From: a virus
Taxonomy: Duplodnaviria > Caudoviricetes
Reading direction: 5' to 3' (one strand)
Length of the DNA stretch: 56,148 bases
Virus record (IMG/VR): IMGVR_UViG_3300046012_000429
Span: 1 to 56,148 of that record
The notes under the pieces were generated by a model that saw only the letters and a list, made by a program, of their open reading frames with translations, was not told where the DNA came from and did not search any database. The translations under genes and the position numbers were made by a program. Shown piece by piece: positions 1 through 9,123 of the stretch; positions within the stretch are counted from its first letter, which is position 1; each line of letters starts with the position of its first letter.

Positions 1-1
1 G

Positions 2-1885
2 AAGGACACCGGGGACAACATCTTTGTGCTGCTCACCGACGCGGTGAAGGACTTCCGCGACTGGCTGAAGAAGGCTCAGGCAGACGGCACCCTGCAGCAG
101 TTCTTCGATGACGCGCAACGGCTGGCGATCAAGTTGGGCGAGATCGTCGGGGCGGTGATCGACATCGTCGCCGCCCTGGACACCCCGATGAACCGGACGA
201 TCCTATTCTGGATGCTCGACCGGGCAGTCGACATCCTCACCTTCTTGGCCAAGACCTTCGAGTGGCTTGGCAAGATCAACGGCATCTCCTGGGACATCGC
301 CATCAGCGCCTGGGGCAGCATCAAGGACGGCATCGCCGACGTCGGGGACAAGGCCGAGGAGGTGGCCAACGGAACCGCCTGGGGGGTGCTGAAGGGTCAC
401 ATCGACGAGGTCACCGACGGCACCGCCTGGGACTCGCTGAAGGAGAAGATGTCCCAGGTCGGCAACGGCGAGGCGTTCGCTCCGCTGAAGGAGGCTGGGG
501 CCGCGATCAAGACCGCCTTCGCCCCAGTGGGTACCTTTTTCTCCGGTCTGGCCTCCCAGATCGGAGAGAACCTGGGCCGTGGATTCGCCACTTTGAAGCA
601 GAGGGCGGGTGAGGCAGCCCAGGGCATCCAGACCGCGTGGGGCACCGTCACTGGCTTCTTCGCCGGGATCGGCCGATCCATCGCCACCAACGTCAGCACC
701 GGCCTGGCCACCTTGAGGCAGCGGCTCACCGAACTGCCCGGTCAGATCGTGGCCGCCTTCACCAGCCTGCCAGCCAACATCTGGATCTTCGTGCAGCAGA
801 TGGTGGCGCCCTTCGTCTGGCTCTACAACCAGTTGATCGGAGCCTCGATCATCCCCGAACTGGTGAACGGGATCGTGGAGTGGTTCGCCGGGCTGCCGGG
901 CAAGATCTCCGCCGTGCTCGGTGACCTCGCTGGTCGGTTCGTGATCTGGCTGGCAGGGGTGCCGCAGAAGATCCAGTCAGCCGTCGGGTTGGTGGTCGGG
1001 GCCTTCGGTGGCCTGGCGCAGAAGGCCATCGCCCGGGCGGGCAACATCGTCGCCGCCTTCGGCAAGTGGGTGGCCGGACTCCCGGGCAAGGCGCGGACCA
1101 TCGCCACCTCGGTGGCCACGGCCTTCGTCGGACTCGCAAGCAAGATCATCGCCAAGGCAGGGTCCATCGCGGGTCGCTTCGCCTCCTGGGTGGCCAGCCT
1201 CCCAGGCAAGGCCCGCACCGTCGCCAACCAGGTGGCGTCTGGGTTCAGTGGGCTGGCAAGCAAGATCATCGCCAGGGCGGGCAGCCTGACTGCCAAGTTC
1301 GCCTCCTGGGTGGCCTCACTGCCGGGCAAGGCCAGGACTGTCGCCAACCAGATCGCCAGTGCCTTCTCCGGGCTGGCAAGCAAGATCATCGCCAAGGCGG
1401 GCGACCTGGCGGGCAAACTCGCAGGCTGGGGTTCCAGGGCGGTGGCCAAGGCTGGCGGGGTGGCCAACAACATCGTCAGCAAGTTCTCCGGCCTGGCCTC
1501 CCGGATCGTGAACGCCATCGGCGACATCGTGCCCAAGATCAGGATGCCAAGCATCAAGGTGCCCACCGTGGTGGCCAAGGTGATCGTCCCGAAGAAGGCT
1601 GCCGGTGGCATCATCAGCGGGCCTCAGATGGTGACCGTGGGTGAGGCTGGTCCGGAGGCCATCGTGCCGCTGGACCGGGCTCTGTCTCGGGTCGATCCGG
1701 CGGTGCGGGCCCTGTCGGCCTTCGCCCAGGGGCTCAGCCAGCCCGGTACCGGCAACGCCAGCACCGGACCCTCGATCGGCCGGAACATCGAGGTCGGCGG
1801 CATCACCATCAACACGCCCACCACAGACCCGAGGGCGGTGGCCAGCGAGGTGGTCAACCGGATGACCTTCGCGGCCTACATCTGA
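2..1885 (+). CDS. Tape measure protein, C-terminal part (5' truncated by the window)
   Basis: Ala/Gly-rich helical ORF with periodic W/F, ~40-aa tandem repeats and a C-terminal AAGGII...VGEAGPEAIVPL motif; frame open to the window edge; followed by minor tail genes. Confidence 0.92.
   Translation, partial: KDTGDNIFVLLTDAVKDFRDWLKKAQADGTLQQFFDDAQRLAIKLGEIVGAVIDIVAALDTPMNRTILFWMLDRAVDILTFLAKTFEWLGKINGISWDIAISAWGSIKDGIADVGDKAEEVANGTAWGVLKGHIDEVTDGTAWDSLKEKMSQVGNGEAFAPLKEAGAAIKTAFAPVGTFFSGLASQIGENLGRGFATLKQRAGEAAQGIQTAWGTVTGFFAGIGRSIATNVSTGLATLRQRLTELPGQIVAAFTSLPANIWIFVQQMVAPFVWLYNQLIGASIIPELVNGIVEWFAGLPGKISAVLGDLAGRFVIWLAGVPQKIQSAVGLVVGAFGGLAQKAIARAGNIVAAFGKWVAGLPGKARTIATSVATAFVGLASKIIAKAGSIAGRFASWVASLPGKARTVANQVASGFSGLASKIIARAGSLTAKFASWVASLPGKARTVANQIASAFSGLASKIIAKAGDLAGKLAGWGSRAVAKAGGVANNIVSKFSGLASRIVNAIGDIVPKIRMPSIKVPTVVAKVIVPKKAAGGIISGPQMVTVGEAGPEAIVPLDRALSRVDPAVRALSAFAQGLSQPGTGNASTGPSIGRNIEVGGITINTPTTDPRAVASEVVNRMTFAAYI
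860..1530 (+). repeat. ~120-bp (40-aa) tandem repeats inside the tape measure gene
   Basis: Recurrent FASWVASLPGKARTVANQ..AF.GLASKIIA.AG units; GCAAGCAAGATCATCGCCA recurs at ~1136, 1256 and 1376. Confidence 0.9.
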
Positions 1886-1916
1886 GTTAAGGCGACCTTA
1901 ACCACAAGGAGGGGCG

Positions 1917-3230
1917 ATGGCCTGGTCTGGATACTTCATGTTCGGTGGCACCGAGATCATCAACGCCACTCGGACGGAGGACTACGCCCGCCACCTCAAC
2001 GTCGGCTGGTTCCGCCCGATCTACAACGAGGTGGGTCTGCCCTGGCTACTGGGCGAGAAGGAGTACACCACCCCGCTGCAAGACGATGCGCCCTGGACCG
2101 ACCCCGACAACCTCGACTCCTACGACTTCTACGGGGTCTACCCTCTCGACATCACCGGGATCGAGGACTCCACCACCGATGTCACGGTGACCGAGTCGGT
2201 GGTCGACGGCGGGTTCATCGGCAAGGCCCGCAAGAAGTCACGGGTGGCGGTCTTCAACGCAGTGCTGACCGGGGCCAGTGAGTGCGCGGTCGAGTACGGC
2301 TTCCGCTGGCTACGCAGTGTGCTCACCGGTGGCCCGTGCTTCAACGAAGCCTACGGTGCCTGCGGTGGCGTAGACCTGTGCTACTTGGCTTGCCCACCGA
2401 TCTTCACCAACGTGGACGGGGTCGGCCCGGTGGAGTGCTACGCGAAGGTCGGACGCTCGCTGCACGAGGTGACCGTCACCAGTGGCCCGGCGGTCACCCA
2501 GAAGTTGGAGATGGTCAACGGTGGCGCAGCCTGGACGGTCACCTGGACGATGACGGCAGCCAACCCGGCCGAGTTCGGCGTGGAGAAGCCGCTGATCGTG
2601 GGCTTCCTCGACCCTGCCGTGGACGTGCCCTACTTCGGCGGCATCATCCCTCCGGGCGGAGAGTTCGACGAGAACGGCAACGTACAGACCGACGCCCCGT
2701 GTGCAGTGCCGGTGTTTCGGCCCGTCTACGACCCGCTGTGCGGGCTGCTGGCCGCGCCGCCGGACGTGCCCAGCGTGGTGCCGCTGTGCTTCTCGTTCCC
2801 GGTCAACTTCTTGCGCACCTCCTTCTCGATCCCGCGCGAGCAGATCCCGCTGTGGACCACGGTCACCCCGGTCCTGTCGGTGAGCACCAAGACCGCCGAG
2901 GTCCGCTCGGTGCGGGTGCGCTTCTACGCCGACATGTTCGACACCGGCGATCCGTCCCAGGACCCATGCAACTTCTGCGGTGACGTGGTGTTCTCCTATA
3001 TCCCGCCTGGGAGCACCATCGTGTTGGACTGCGCGGACCGGGAGGTCTACATCGACCAACCGGGCATCGGTCGGCGGCGGGCTGACGCTCTGGTGACCAA
3101 CTCCAAGGGTGAGCCGTTCGAGTGGCCGGAGTTCTCCTGCGGTTACGGGTACGTGGTCACCGTGGACATGCCGCAGCAGATGACGCAGCGTCCGATCGTT
3201 GACCTGTCGCTGGTTCCCCGGATGGTGTGA
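1917..3230 (+). CDS. Minor tail protein (distal-tail position)
   Basis: First gene after tape measure; RBS AAGGAGGGG; Cys-rich 437 aa. Confidence 0.75.
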   Translation: MAWSGYFMFGGTEIINATRTEDYARHLNVGWFRPIYNEVGLPWLLGEKEYTTPLQDDAPWTDPDNLDSYDFYGVYPLDITGIEDSTTDVTVTESVVDGGFIGKARKKSRVAVFNAVLTGASECAVEYGFRWLRSVLTGGPCFNEAYGACGGVDLCYLACPPIFTNVDGVGPVECYAKVGRSLHEVTVTSGPAVTQKLEMVNGGAAWTVTWTMTAANPAEFGVEKPLIVGFLDPAVDVPYFGGIIPPGGEFDENGNVQTDAPCAVPVFRPVYDPLCGLLAAPPDVPSVVPLCFSFPVNFLRTSFSIPREQIPLWTTVTPVLSVSTKTAEVRSVRVRFYADMFDTGDPSQDPCNFCGDVVFSYIPPGSTIVLDCADREVYIDQPGIGRRRADALVTNSKGEPFEWPEFSCGYGYVVTVDMPQQMTQRPIVDLSLVPRMV

Positions 3231-3233
3231 CCC

Positions 3234-6200
3234 TTGCCCACCAGCAACTACACCAAACTCGGCTGGTCGGTCTTCACCGTCCCCAACCGGGTCACCAGCC
3301 TGACGGTCAGCCTCGACGGGGCTGGCTCCGGCTCGCGTCCGGGTAGCCGGGTCACCGGGAAACTGGCCGTCAAGGCGGGCCAGAAGTTGTACGTCTACTG
3401 CGGCACCGCAGGCAAGGCGAACAACGCCACCGCCGGTGGCGCGGCGACCGGTGGTGGTGGAGGTGTGGGTGGCACTGGGCGGAGCAGGAACGGCGGCTAC
3501 TCCGGTGGTGGCTACTCGATCATCCGGCTGGGCGCGACCAACGGCACCATCAAGGCAATCGCGGGCGGGGCGGGCGGCAACTCCGGCGATGGCGGGCTGG
3601 GTGGGGCGGGCGGCGGCAGCACGGGCGGGTCGGGGGCTCGTGGCAACGCTGGACCGAACAGCACAGGCGCCGCCACGGGTGGCACCCAGACCCAGGGCGG
3701 CAACGGCGGTACCTCCTCGGCAGGTGCGGCCTGGAACGGCAAGAACGCCACCGACGCTCAGGTCGCGGCAGCGGGTGCAGGCGGCATCACCCCCTCGGGC
3801 ACAGGCGCAGGCGGCGGCGGTGGTGGTGGTGGCTTCCATCCCGGCGGCGGTGGTCAAGCGGCAGCGGACGGCTACGCCCCCGGCGGCGGTGGTGGTGGTG
3901 GCTCTGACTACTGGCTTGGGCTGACCGGCGCATCCAGCGTCCAGGGCGGCGGTGGCGCGGGCAACGGCTCGGTGTCGATCACCTGGGTCACCCCACCTCC
4001 GGGCAACCTCCCCCCGACGGTGCCGACAGCGGTCAAGGTCAACAACGTCGACGCCACGGGCGGGATGCTGACCAAGGCCACGACCTCGGTGAAGATCTCG
4101 GCCAACATCTTCGATCCGGACAAGAACAGCGTCCGGATGCTGGTGCGCTGGTCGACAGCGTCGAACTTCTCCTCCTACAAGTCTGGCTTCAGCGGCTGGG
4201 TCACCTGGCACGCCGACGGTCGGGTGGCCACCTTCACCATGACGGGGCTGGCCCAGAACACGCACTACTACGTCCGGCTCTACACCCAGGACCCCAAGGG
4301 CCTGTACTCCACCACCTACAACTCGGTCGACTTCTGGACCAACAAGGCTCCACTGCCTCCGACGGACCTGCGGATCAACACTCAGTCCGAGGGCATGATG
4401 CTGCCGGTGCTGTCGTCGGCCACCTTCGGCTGGACGCACAACGACGAGGACTACGCCGACTACCAGTCAGGCTTCCAGATCGGCTACCGCACCATGGCCA
4501 CGGCGTCGGTCGCGGCTGGGCCCTGGACCTATGTCACCGCCTACCCCGGCACCGGGGTCAACCTGAATCCCAAGGTCGCCGGACCACCGTCGTCCTCGCA
4601 CAACGAGTGGGTGTTCGACCCGGGGACGTTCAAGGGCAACCAGTTCTACGAGTGGATGGTCAAGACCCGGGACGGTCAGGGCCTGTGGGGTGCCTGGTCC
4701 GCTCCGTTCTCCTTCTACTCCGAGTCGACCAGCACCCCACCGGCCCTCATCTCCCCTGCCAACAAGTCCCCGGTGCGAATCGATGTCGCCACCACGTTCA
4801 TCTGGCGGTTCATCGACCCCGACTCCGGCGCGCTTCAGTCCAAAGCCGACATCCGCTGGCGGGCTCTGGGCCACACCAAGGACGTGACGGCCGGTACCGC
4901 ACCGGTGCCGTCGGAAGACGCCTGGATCATGCTGCTCGGTGCGGTAGCCCCCGGGGTACCCGGGGCTGCCACCTCCTGGGTCGTGCAGGACCACACCTTC
5001 ATCCCTGAGTACACCTACGAGTGGCAGGTCCGGACCTACGACAACGCGGTCTCCCTCGCCTCGGGCTGGTCAAACTCGTTCACCTTCCACGCCATCGCCC
5101 AGCCGGGCGCTCAGGGAGGCTCGCTGCCCTTCGCTGGGGTCGGCAGACCACAGGGCTCACTGGGCTGCGGGGAGTATCGGGTGTTCCTGTATCAGCAGGG
5201 AGGTCAGAAACTGCTCGGTGAGGTCACCCCGGCGACCAAACTCAACTTCACCCGGGTGAGAGACGACATCTCTGCCTGCACCGTCTTGACCAACGGCTAC
5301 TCCTCCGACTGCGGGTCGCTGTACGCCAACACCCGGTCTTGGATGCACGAACTGGTGGTGTACCGCGACGGGGTGCGGGTCTGGGAGGGTCCGATCACCC
5401 GGATCGCGTACTCCACCGACTCGGTCGAGATCGAGGCCAAGGACGTGATGGCCTACGTCTACCGGCGAATCATGAGGGCGGGCTACAACGACGCCTACCG
5501 ATTGATTCAGAAGGGCACCGCCGGTCAGCCAGACACCTATCTGGGTCTGCTGAGTGTGGTCCACCGGGCCGCACTACTCATCACCCAGGCGCTGGCCCCG
5601 TTCGACCCGAACGTGCTGCCCTACCTGACCGCGTTGGAGTTCGCCGACGATGCCCAGGAGTCGCGGATCGTGGCGGACTGGTCGCGGACCTGTTGGGAGG
5701 AGGTGGACGACCTGGCGGCGACCGCCGGGCTCGACTACACCGCCGTGGGGCGGCGAATCCTGCTCTGGGACACCCACCGGCCGATTGGACGGCTACCGGA
5801 GATGCGAGACGGTGATTTCAGCGACTCACCCATCGTCACCGAGTACGGAATGCAGTTGGCGACCTTCTTCGCAGTCACCAACGGCTCCGGAGTCGTCGGC
5901 TGGACCTCTGAGCAGAAGGGGATGGTCCCCTACGGCCCTATCGAGCAGTTGGCGTCGTCCTACAGCGACTCTGAAGGTGCCGGGGGTGAGGTGATGACCC
6001 CGGCAGCGAAGGCGGCGGCTGAGGCGTCACTGATCGAGCAGGCGAAGCGCAACATCAGCGGTCGGTGGCCTGCTCCGTTGATCGTGCGGGTGCCCGACAA
6101 CACCACACTGAGCCCGAAGGCCAATGTTGGCTTCCAGCAGTTGATCCCGGGTGTCTGGCTGCCGCTGCGCAGCGTGAGCACCCCCCGCCGGGTCTTCCAG

Positions 6201-6326
6201 TGGCAGAAGTTGGATTCGGTGGCGGTCGAGGTCGATGAGAACGGCGAGAAGGTGCACGTGGTCATGTCCCCGGCTCCCAACGGTGGCAACGACCCCGACT
6301 CCGACACGGCAGCAGAGGAGGGCTGA
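3234..6326 (+). CDS. Large minor tail protein: Gly-rich N-terminus, FN3-like repeats, C-terminal baseplate-hub-like domain
   Basis: GGGG-rich segment, repeated Y.W.V.T.D...W..WS..F.F units, and a ELVVYRDGVRVWEGPIT segment typical of actinophage hub proteins; TTG start. Confidence 0.8.
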   Translation: MPTSNYTKLGWSVFTVPNRVTSLTVSLDGAGSGSRPGSRVTGKLAVKAGQKLYVYCGTAGKANNATAGGAATGGGGGVGGTGRSRNGGYSGGGYSIIRLGATNGTIKAIAGGAGGNSGDGGLGGAGGGSTGGSGARGNAGPNSTGAATGGTQTQGGNGGTSSAGAAWNGKNATDAQVAAAGAGGITPSGTGAGGGGGGGGFHPGGGGQAAADGYAPGGGGGGGSDYWLGLTGASSVQGGGGAGNGSVSITWVTPPPGNLPPTVPTAVKVNNVDATGGMLTKATTSVKISANIFDPDKNSVRMLVRWSTASNFSSYKSGFSGWVTWHADGRVATFTMTGLAQNTHYYVRLYTQDPKGLYSTTYNSVDFWTNKAPLPPTDLRINTQSEGMMLPVLSSATFGWTHNDEDYADYQSGFQIGYRTMATASVAAGPWTYVTAYPGTGVNLNPKVAGPPSSSHNEWVFDPGTFKGNQFYEWMVKTRDGQGLWGAWSAPFSFYSESTSTPPALISPANKSPVRIDVATTFIWRFIDPDSGALQSKADIRWRALGHTKDVTAGTAPVPSEDAWIMLLGAVAPGVPGAATSWVVQDHTFIPEYTYEWQVRTYDNAVSLASGWSNSFTFHAIAQPGAQGGSLPFAGVGRPQGSLGCGEYRVFLYQQGGQKLLGEVTPATKLNFTRVRDDISACTVLTNGYSSDCGSLYANTRSWMHELVVYRDGVRVWEGPITRIAYSTDSVEIEAKDVMAYVYRRIMRAGYNDAYRLIQKGTAGQPDTYLGLLSVVHRAALLITQALAPFDPNVLPYLTALEFADDAQESRIVADWSRTCWEEVDDLAATAGLDYTAVGRRILLWDTHRPIGRLPEMRDGDFSDSPIVTEYGMQLATFFAVTNGSGVVGWTSEQKGMVPYGPIEQLASSYSDSEGAGGEVMTPAAKAAAEASLIEQAKRNISGRWPAPLIVRVPDNTTLSPKANVGFQQLIPGVWLPLRSVSTPRRVFQWQKLDSVAVEVDENGEKVHVVMSPAPNGGNDPDSDTAAEEG

Positions 6327-6329
6327 CTT

Positions 6330-7328
6330 ATTGGCGGCTCGAACTCATGGCGGGCACCGCAGGATGCGGCCGACTGGATGCGAGAGGTGGAGAAGCGCAT
6401 CCTGCACGAGGAGCGGCGACCCAACATCCGCACCGCCTCCGACCTGATGGGTCCCGGGCTCAGCCCATACAGCATCTTGATCAACGACTGGAACGCGGCC
6501 GAGACCGCCTTCAACGGCTTCTTCCACAGCGACCCCAACGCGCTCAACACCCCCGACAACACTCGCTACTGGATGGGCACCAGCCAGGCCAGCCCCGAGG
6601 GGTACGGCCTGCAGCGGGTGACTGAGTACCGGGAGGGTCGGACCTCGGCGACCTGGCCGAGGTTCACCTACCTGCGAAAGTTCTTCACTCCGCCGGGGGC
6701 GCAGCGGCAGTTCTCGGCCTGGCGGTTGGACGACGGCACCCCTGCTGGGATCATCACCGACTACGGCGGGTCCAGCGTGGCCCAGAACAACTACAGCGCT
6801 TCCAACGACAGCACGGCCTGGACGGGAGCGACGGGGTTCAGCATCACCCGACAGGAGACCCGGCGGATCGCCGAGACCATCATCGCCGTCGACGTGGAGT
6901 GGACCCGGACCGGAGCACCCCTCACCATCCCGGCCTCAGGCGACACCGCCAACACCTTGGTGGCCGTGCTGAACGGCTACACCCTGACCTCTCAGCAGAA
7001 CGCACTGATCTCGGGGCAGGCTGGTCGGCCAGCGCACTTCAACCTGTACAACAACCTGCAGTGCTCGATCACCTCGTTCGGTGGTTCCACCCCCTACGCC
7101 ACCGGCGAGAACGGCTCCTTCGGTGGACACGTGGGGGTCACCGCGATCTCCCAGCCCAGCCCGACGGCAGCGGCACCGAGCGGCTGGTTCTACTGCAACG
7201 GAGCGGTGAAGAACCGGACCGACTACCCCGAACTGTTCATCGCCATCGGCACCCGCTGGAACACCTCCGGGGAGTCCGGCACCCAGTTCCGACTGCCCAA
7301 TCTGCCCGGGAAGGTCATCAAGGCATGA
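6330..7328 (+). CDS. Minor tail protein with a split tail-collar domain (start ATT 6330 or ATG 6378)
   Basis: PAGIITDYGG ... APSGWFYCNGAVKNRTDYPELFIAIG...FRLPNL matches the tail collar motif; GAGGAGG lies 8 nt before ATT 6330. Confidence 0.78.
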   Translation: MGGSNSWRAPQDAADWMREVEKRILHEERRPNIRTASDLMGPGLSPYSILINDWNAAETAFNGFFHSDPNALNTPDNTRYWMGTSQASPEGYGLQRVTEYREGRTSATWPRFTYLRKFFTPPGAQRQFSAWRLDDGTPAGIITDYGGSSVAQNNYSASNDSTAWTGATGFSITRQETRRIAETIIAVDVEWTRTGAPLTIPASGDTANTLVAVLNGYTLTSQQNALISGQAGRPAHFNLYNNLQCSITSFGGSTPYATGENGSFGGHVGVTAISQPSPTAAAPSGWFYCNGAVKNRTDYPELFIAIGTRWNTSGESGTQFRLPNLPGKVIKA

Positions 7329-7356
7329 CAATGCAAACAACGAAAGGTGGGCTCTG

Positions 7357-8280
7357 ATGCCATCCGGATGCTGCGGCGGGACGACCTGTGCCTGCCAGAT
7401 GATCGGTCAGGGCGGGATCACGATCGAAGGCTCCGGCCAACCGTCGGACCCGTTCATCATCGATGCTGCGACCTACCACACCGACAGCAACAACGGTCAG
7501 TTCCTGACCACGGCGGTGGGCAGTGGGACGGCGGCGGACCCGTACGCCATCGAGGTCGACTACGCCCCGCAGGCCAAGTTGGACGACATCCCCAACGTCG
7601 ACACCCCGACCCCGAGCAACGGCCAGGTGCTGACCTGGGACAGCAGCACCAGCCACTGGGTGGCCGCACCTCCAGCCATTGCGCCGGTGGGTTCGATCTC
7701 CCACGACACCTCGCTGCTGGGCGACGGCTCGGCGGCGACACCACTGGGGGTGGTCGGTCACCAGGCCCGCTACATCGGGGTGTCGCCCTCGGGCGTGGGG
7801 CTGAACGACAGCGGCATGGCCGCGATGGTGCACCACTTCTCCAACGACGCGGCTCGGTTCGCCTCGATCCCGTTCCCGGTCTCGAACATGCTGTCGATGC
7901 TGGACACCGCGCCCGGGGTCATCACCTACTGGAACGGCACCGTCTGGCGTCCGCTGCCGAACCAAGTCGGGTGGGTGGCCACCGAGGCGCTGCTGGAACT
8001 GTCTGGGCCGTACGCCGCTGGGGTGCCGATCACCATGGCGGTGATTCAGGTGGACACCACCACTGACGCCAGTGGGGTCTTCGACGTGCTCGGGGTGGCA
8101 GACCTGGCTGGTCGCTCGGGAGTGCTGTCGGTGCAGGTACAAGAGACCGGTGCCGTGGCCTGGCATGCGATGGTCTTCGACAACACCAACCGGGTCTCGG
8201 CGACGGCCTATCGACTGACCGACGGCTCAGTGATGGCAGGCACCCCGGTGACCGCCTCGGTGAACGCCATCATGTACTGA
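7357..8280 (+). CDS. Minor tail / fibre-like protein with a Cys-rich N-terminal motif
   Basis: MPSGCCGGTTCAC...G.G..SDPF N-terminus and LDDIPNVDT.TPSNGQVLTWD fibre motif, both shared with the fibres at 38385 and 40597. Confidence 0.7.
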   Translation: MPSGCCGGTTCACQMIGQGGITIEGSGQPSDPFIIDAATYHTDSNNGQFLTTAVGSGTAADPYAIEVDYAPQAKLDDIPNVDTPTPSNGQVLTWDSSTSHWVAAPPAIAPVGSISHDTSLLGDGSAATPLGVVGHQARYIGVSPSGVGLNDSGMAAMVHHFSNDAARFASIPFPVSNMLSMLDTAPGVITYWNGTVWRPLPNQVGWVATEALLELSGPYAAGVPITMAVIQVDTTTDASGVFDVLGVADLAGRSGVLSVQVQETGAVAWHAMVFDNTNRVSATAYRLTDGSVMAGTPVTASVNAIMY

Positions 8281-8285
8281 TCCCC

Positions 8286-8464
8286 GGGACCTTTGAGAAA
8301 ACCTGGGGGTTGGAGAAGTGATCGGCACATATAACGTACTTAGAACGTGGTGCCGCGCAGCACTAGCCGGTTGCCCCCGTGGTTTAGACCGGACGTAATC
8401 AGTAGGAGAGTCGGCCAGTCCTCATTCGTACTACATCACTGCGCACGACTGGCCCAAAGGTCCC
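8286..8464. ncRNA. Candidate structured RNA or bidirectional terminator between convergent arms
   Basis: Closed by a 10-bp inverted repeat GGGACCTTTG (8286) / CAAAGGTCCC (8455); internal GGCCAGTC/GACTGGCC and CCGGT/ACCGG stems; no credible ORF. Confidence 0.35.
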
Positions 8465-8787
8465 TAGAACAGTGTGTCCTGCCCAACCAGCGGAGCGCCA
8501 CGGGCACTGATGAACCGGTCCAGTTCGTCAGCCAACTGCCCCCACAACGCGCGGTCCTCGGGATCGTTGGTCTCGTCTTCTGCCTGAGCCTGGAACCAGG
8601 CCCACTGGCTCCTCAGCGACGGGGTGCGACTACCCAGGTGGGCGCGAATGCGCTCGATCTCTTGGAGGTGGGAGATGAACCAGTCTTCGACGGTGGAGCG
8701 GCTGCCGATCTCGGAGCGCTTCTTGCACGAGCAGCGAGCCTGGAGGTTGGGGTCCAGCCCGGCGTAGTGAACGCGATGATTCGACAC
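8464..8787 (-). CDS. Hypothetical protein (CxC...H)
   Basis: ORF with phage-like codon usage; GTG start chosen by eye. Confidence 0.6.
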   Translation of the reverse strand: MSNHRVHYAGLDPNLQARCSCKKRSEIGSRSTVEDWFISHLQEIERIRAHLGSRTPSLRSQWAWFQAQAEDETNDPEDRALWGQLADELDRFISARGAPLVGQDTLF

Positions 8788-8895
8788 CTCAAACCGTAAG
8801 CCCCACCCGGCCAGCCCCACCAGAGAGGGAGCCATCATGGCCGCACGTGTCGTGCTGGTCGGCCGTAGCCAGCCAGCCGGGACCGGGTGGGGTAG

Positions 8896-9123
8896 TCACC
8901 AGTCTTCCGGATCTTGGAAGATGTCGTGGCACGAGGAGTAGTGCACCGGGTTCTCGACTGACCACATGACGGCATGGGTGGTCTTGTGCCAAGACCCGTG
9001 CCGGTGGTCGACGGTGACGAAGTTCATCCACTGCCCGCCGTGACCCCAGCCGCGCAGCACCGGCTCTCCGATGGTGCGCTCGATCCGGCGGCACGACCGC
9101 TCGTTGAGGATCTGGGCGCTCAC
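8896..9123 (-). CDS. Hypothetical protein, His-rich
   Basis: GTGA overlap with the stop of the upstream exonuclease. Confidence 0.55.
   Translation of the reverse strand: MSAQILNERSCRRIERTIGEPVLRGWGHGGQWMNFVTVDHRHGSWHKTTHAVMWSVENPVHYSSCHDIFQDPEDW

Noticed and set aside
3430-3970. GGC/GGT-rich tract as a DNA repeat element
   Set aside because: Explained by the Gly-rich domain of the minor tail protein
2310-4439. Long antisense ORFs (also 38325-39878, 52451-54034 and others)
   Set aside because: Shadows of high-GC coding strands; low-complexity translations opposite well-supported genes
7507-7517. Sixth ACGGC-loop hairpin
   Set aside because: Only a 3-bp stem, inside a coding region, with no leader context
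8286-8464. tRNA or hammerhead ribozyme
   Set aside because: No T-loop GTTCRA cloverleaf and no CUGANGA/GAAA core on either strand by eye
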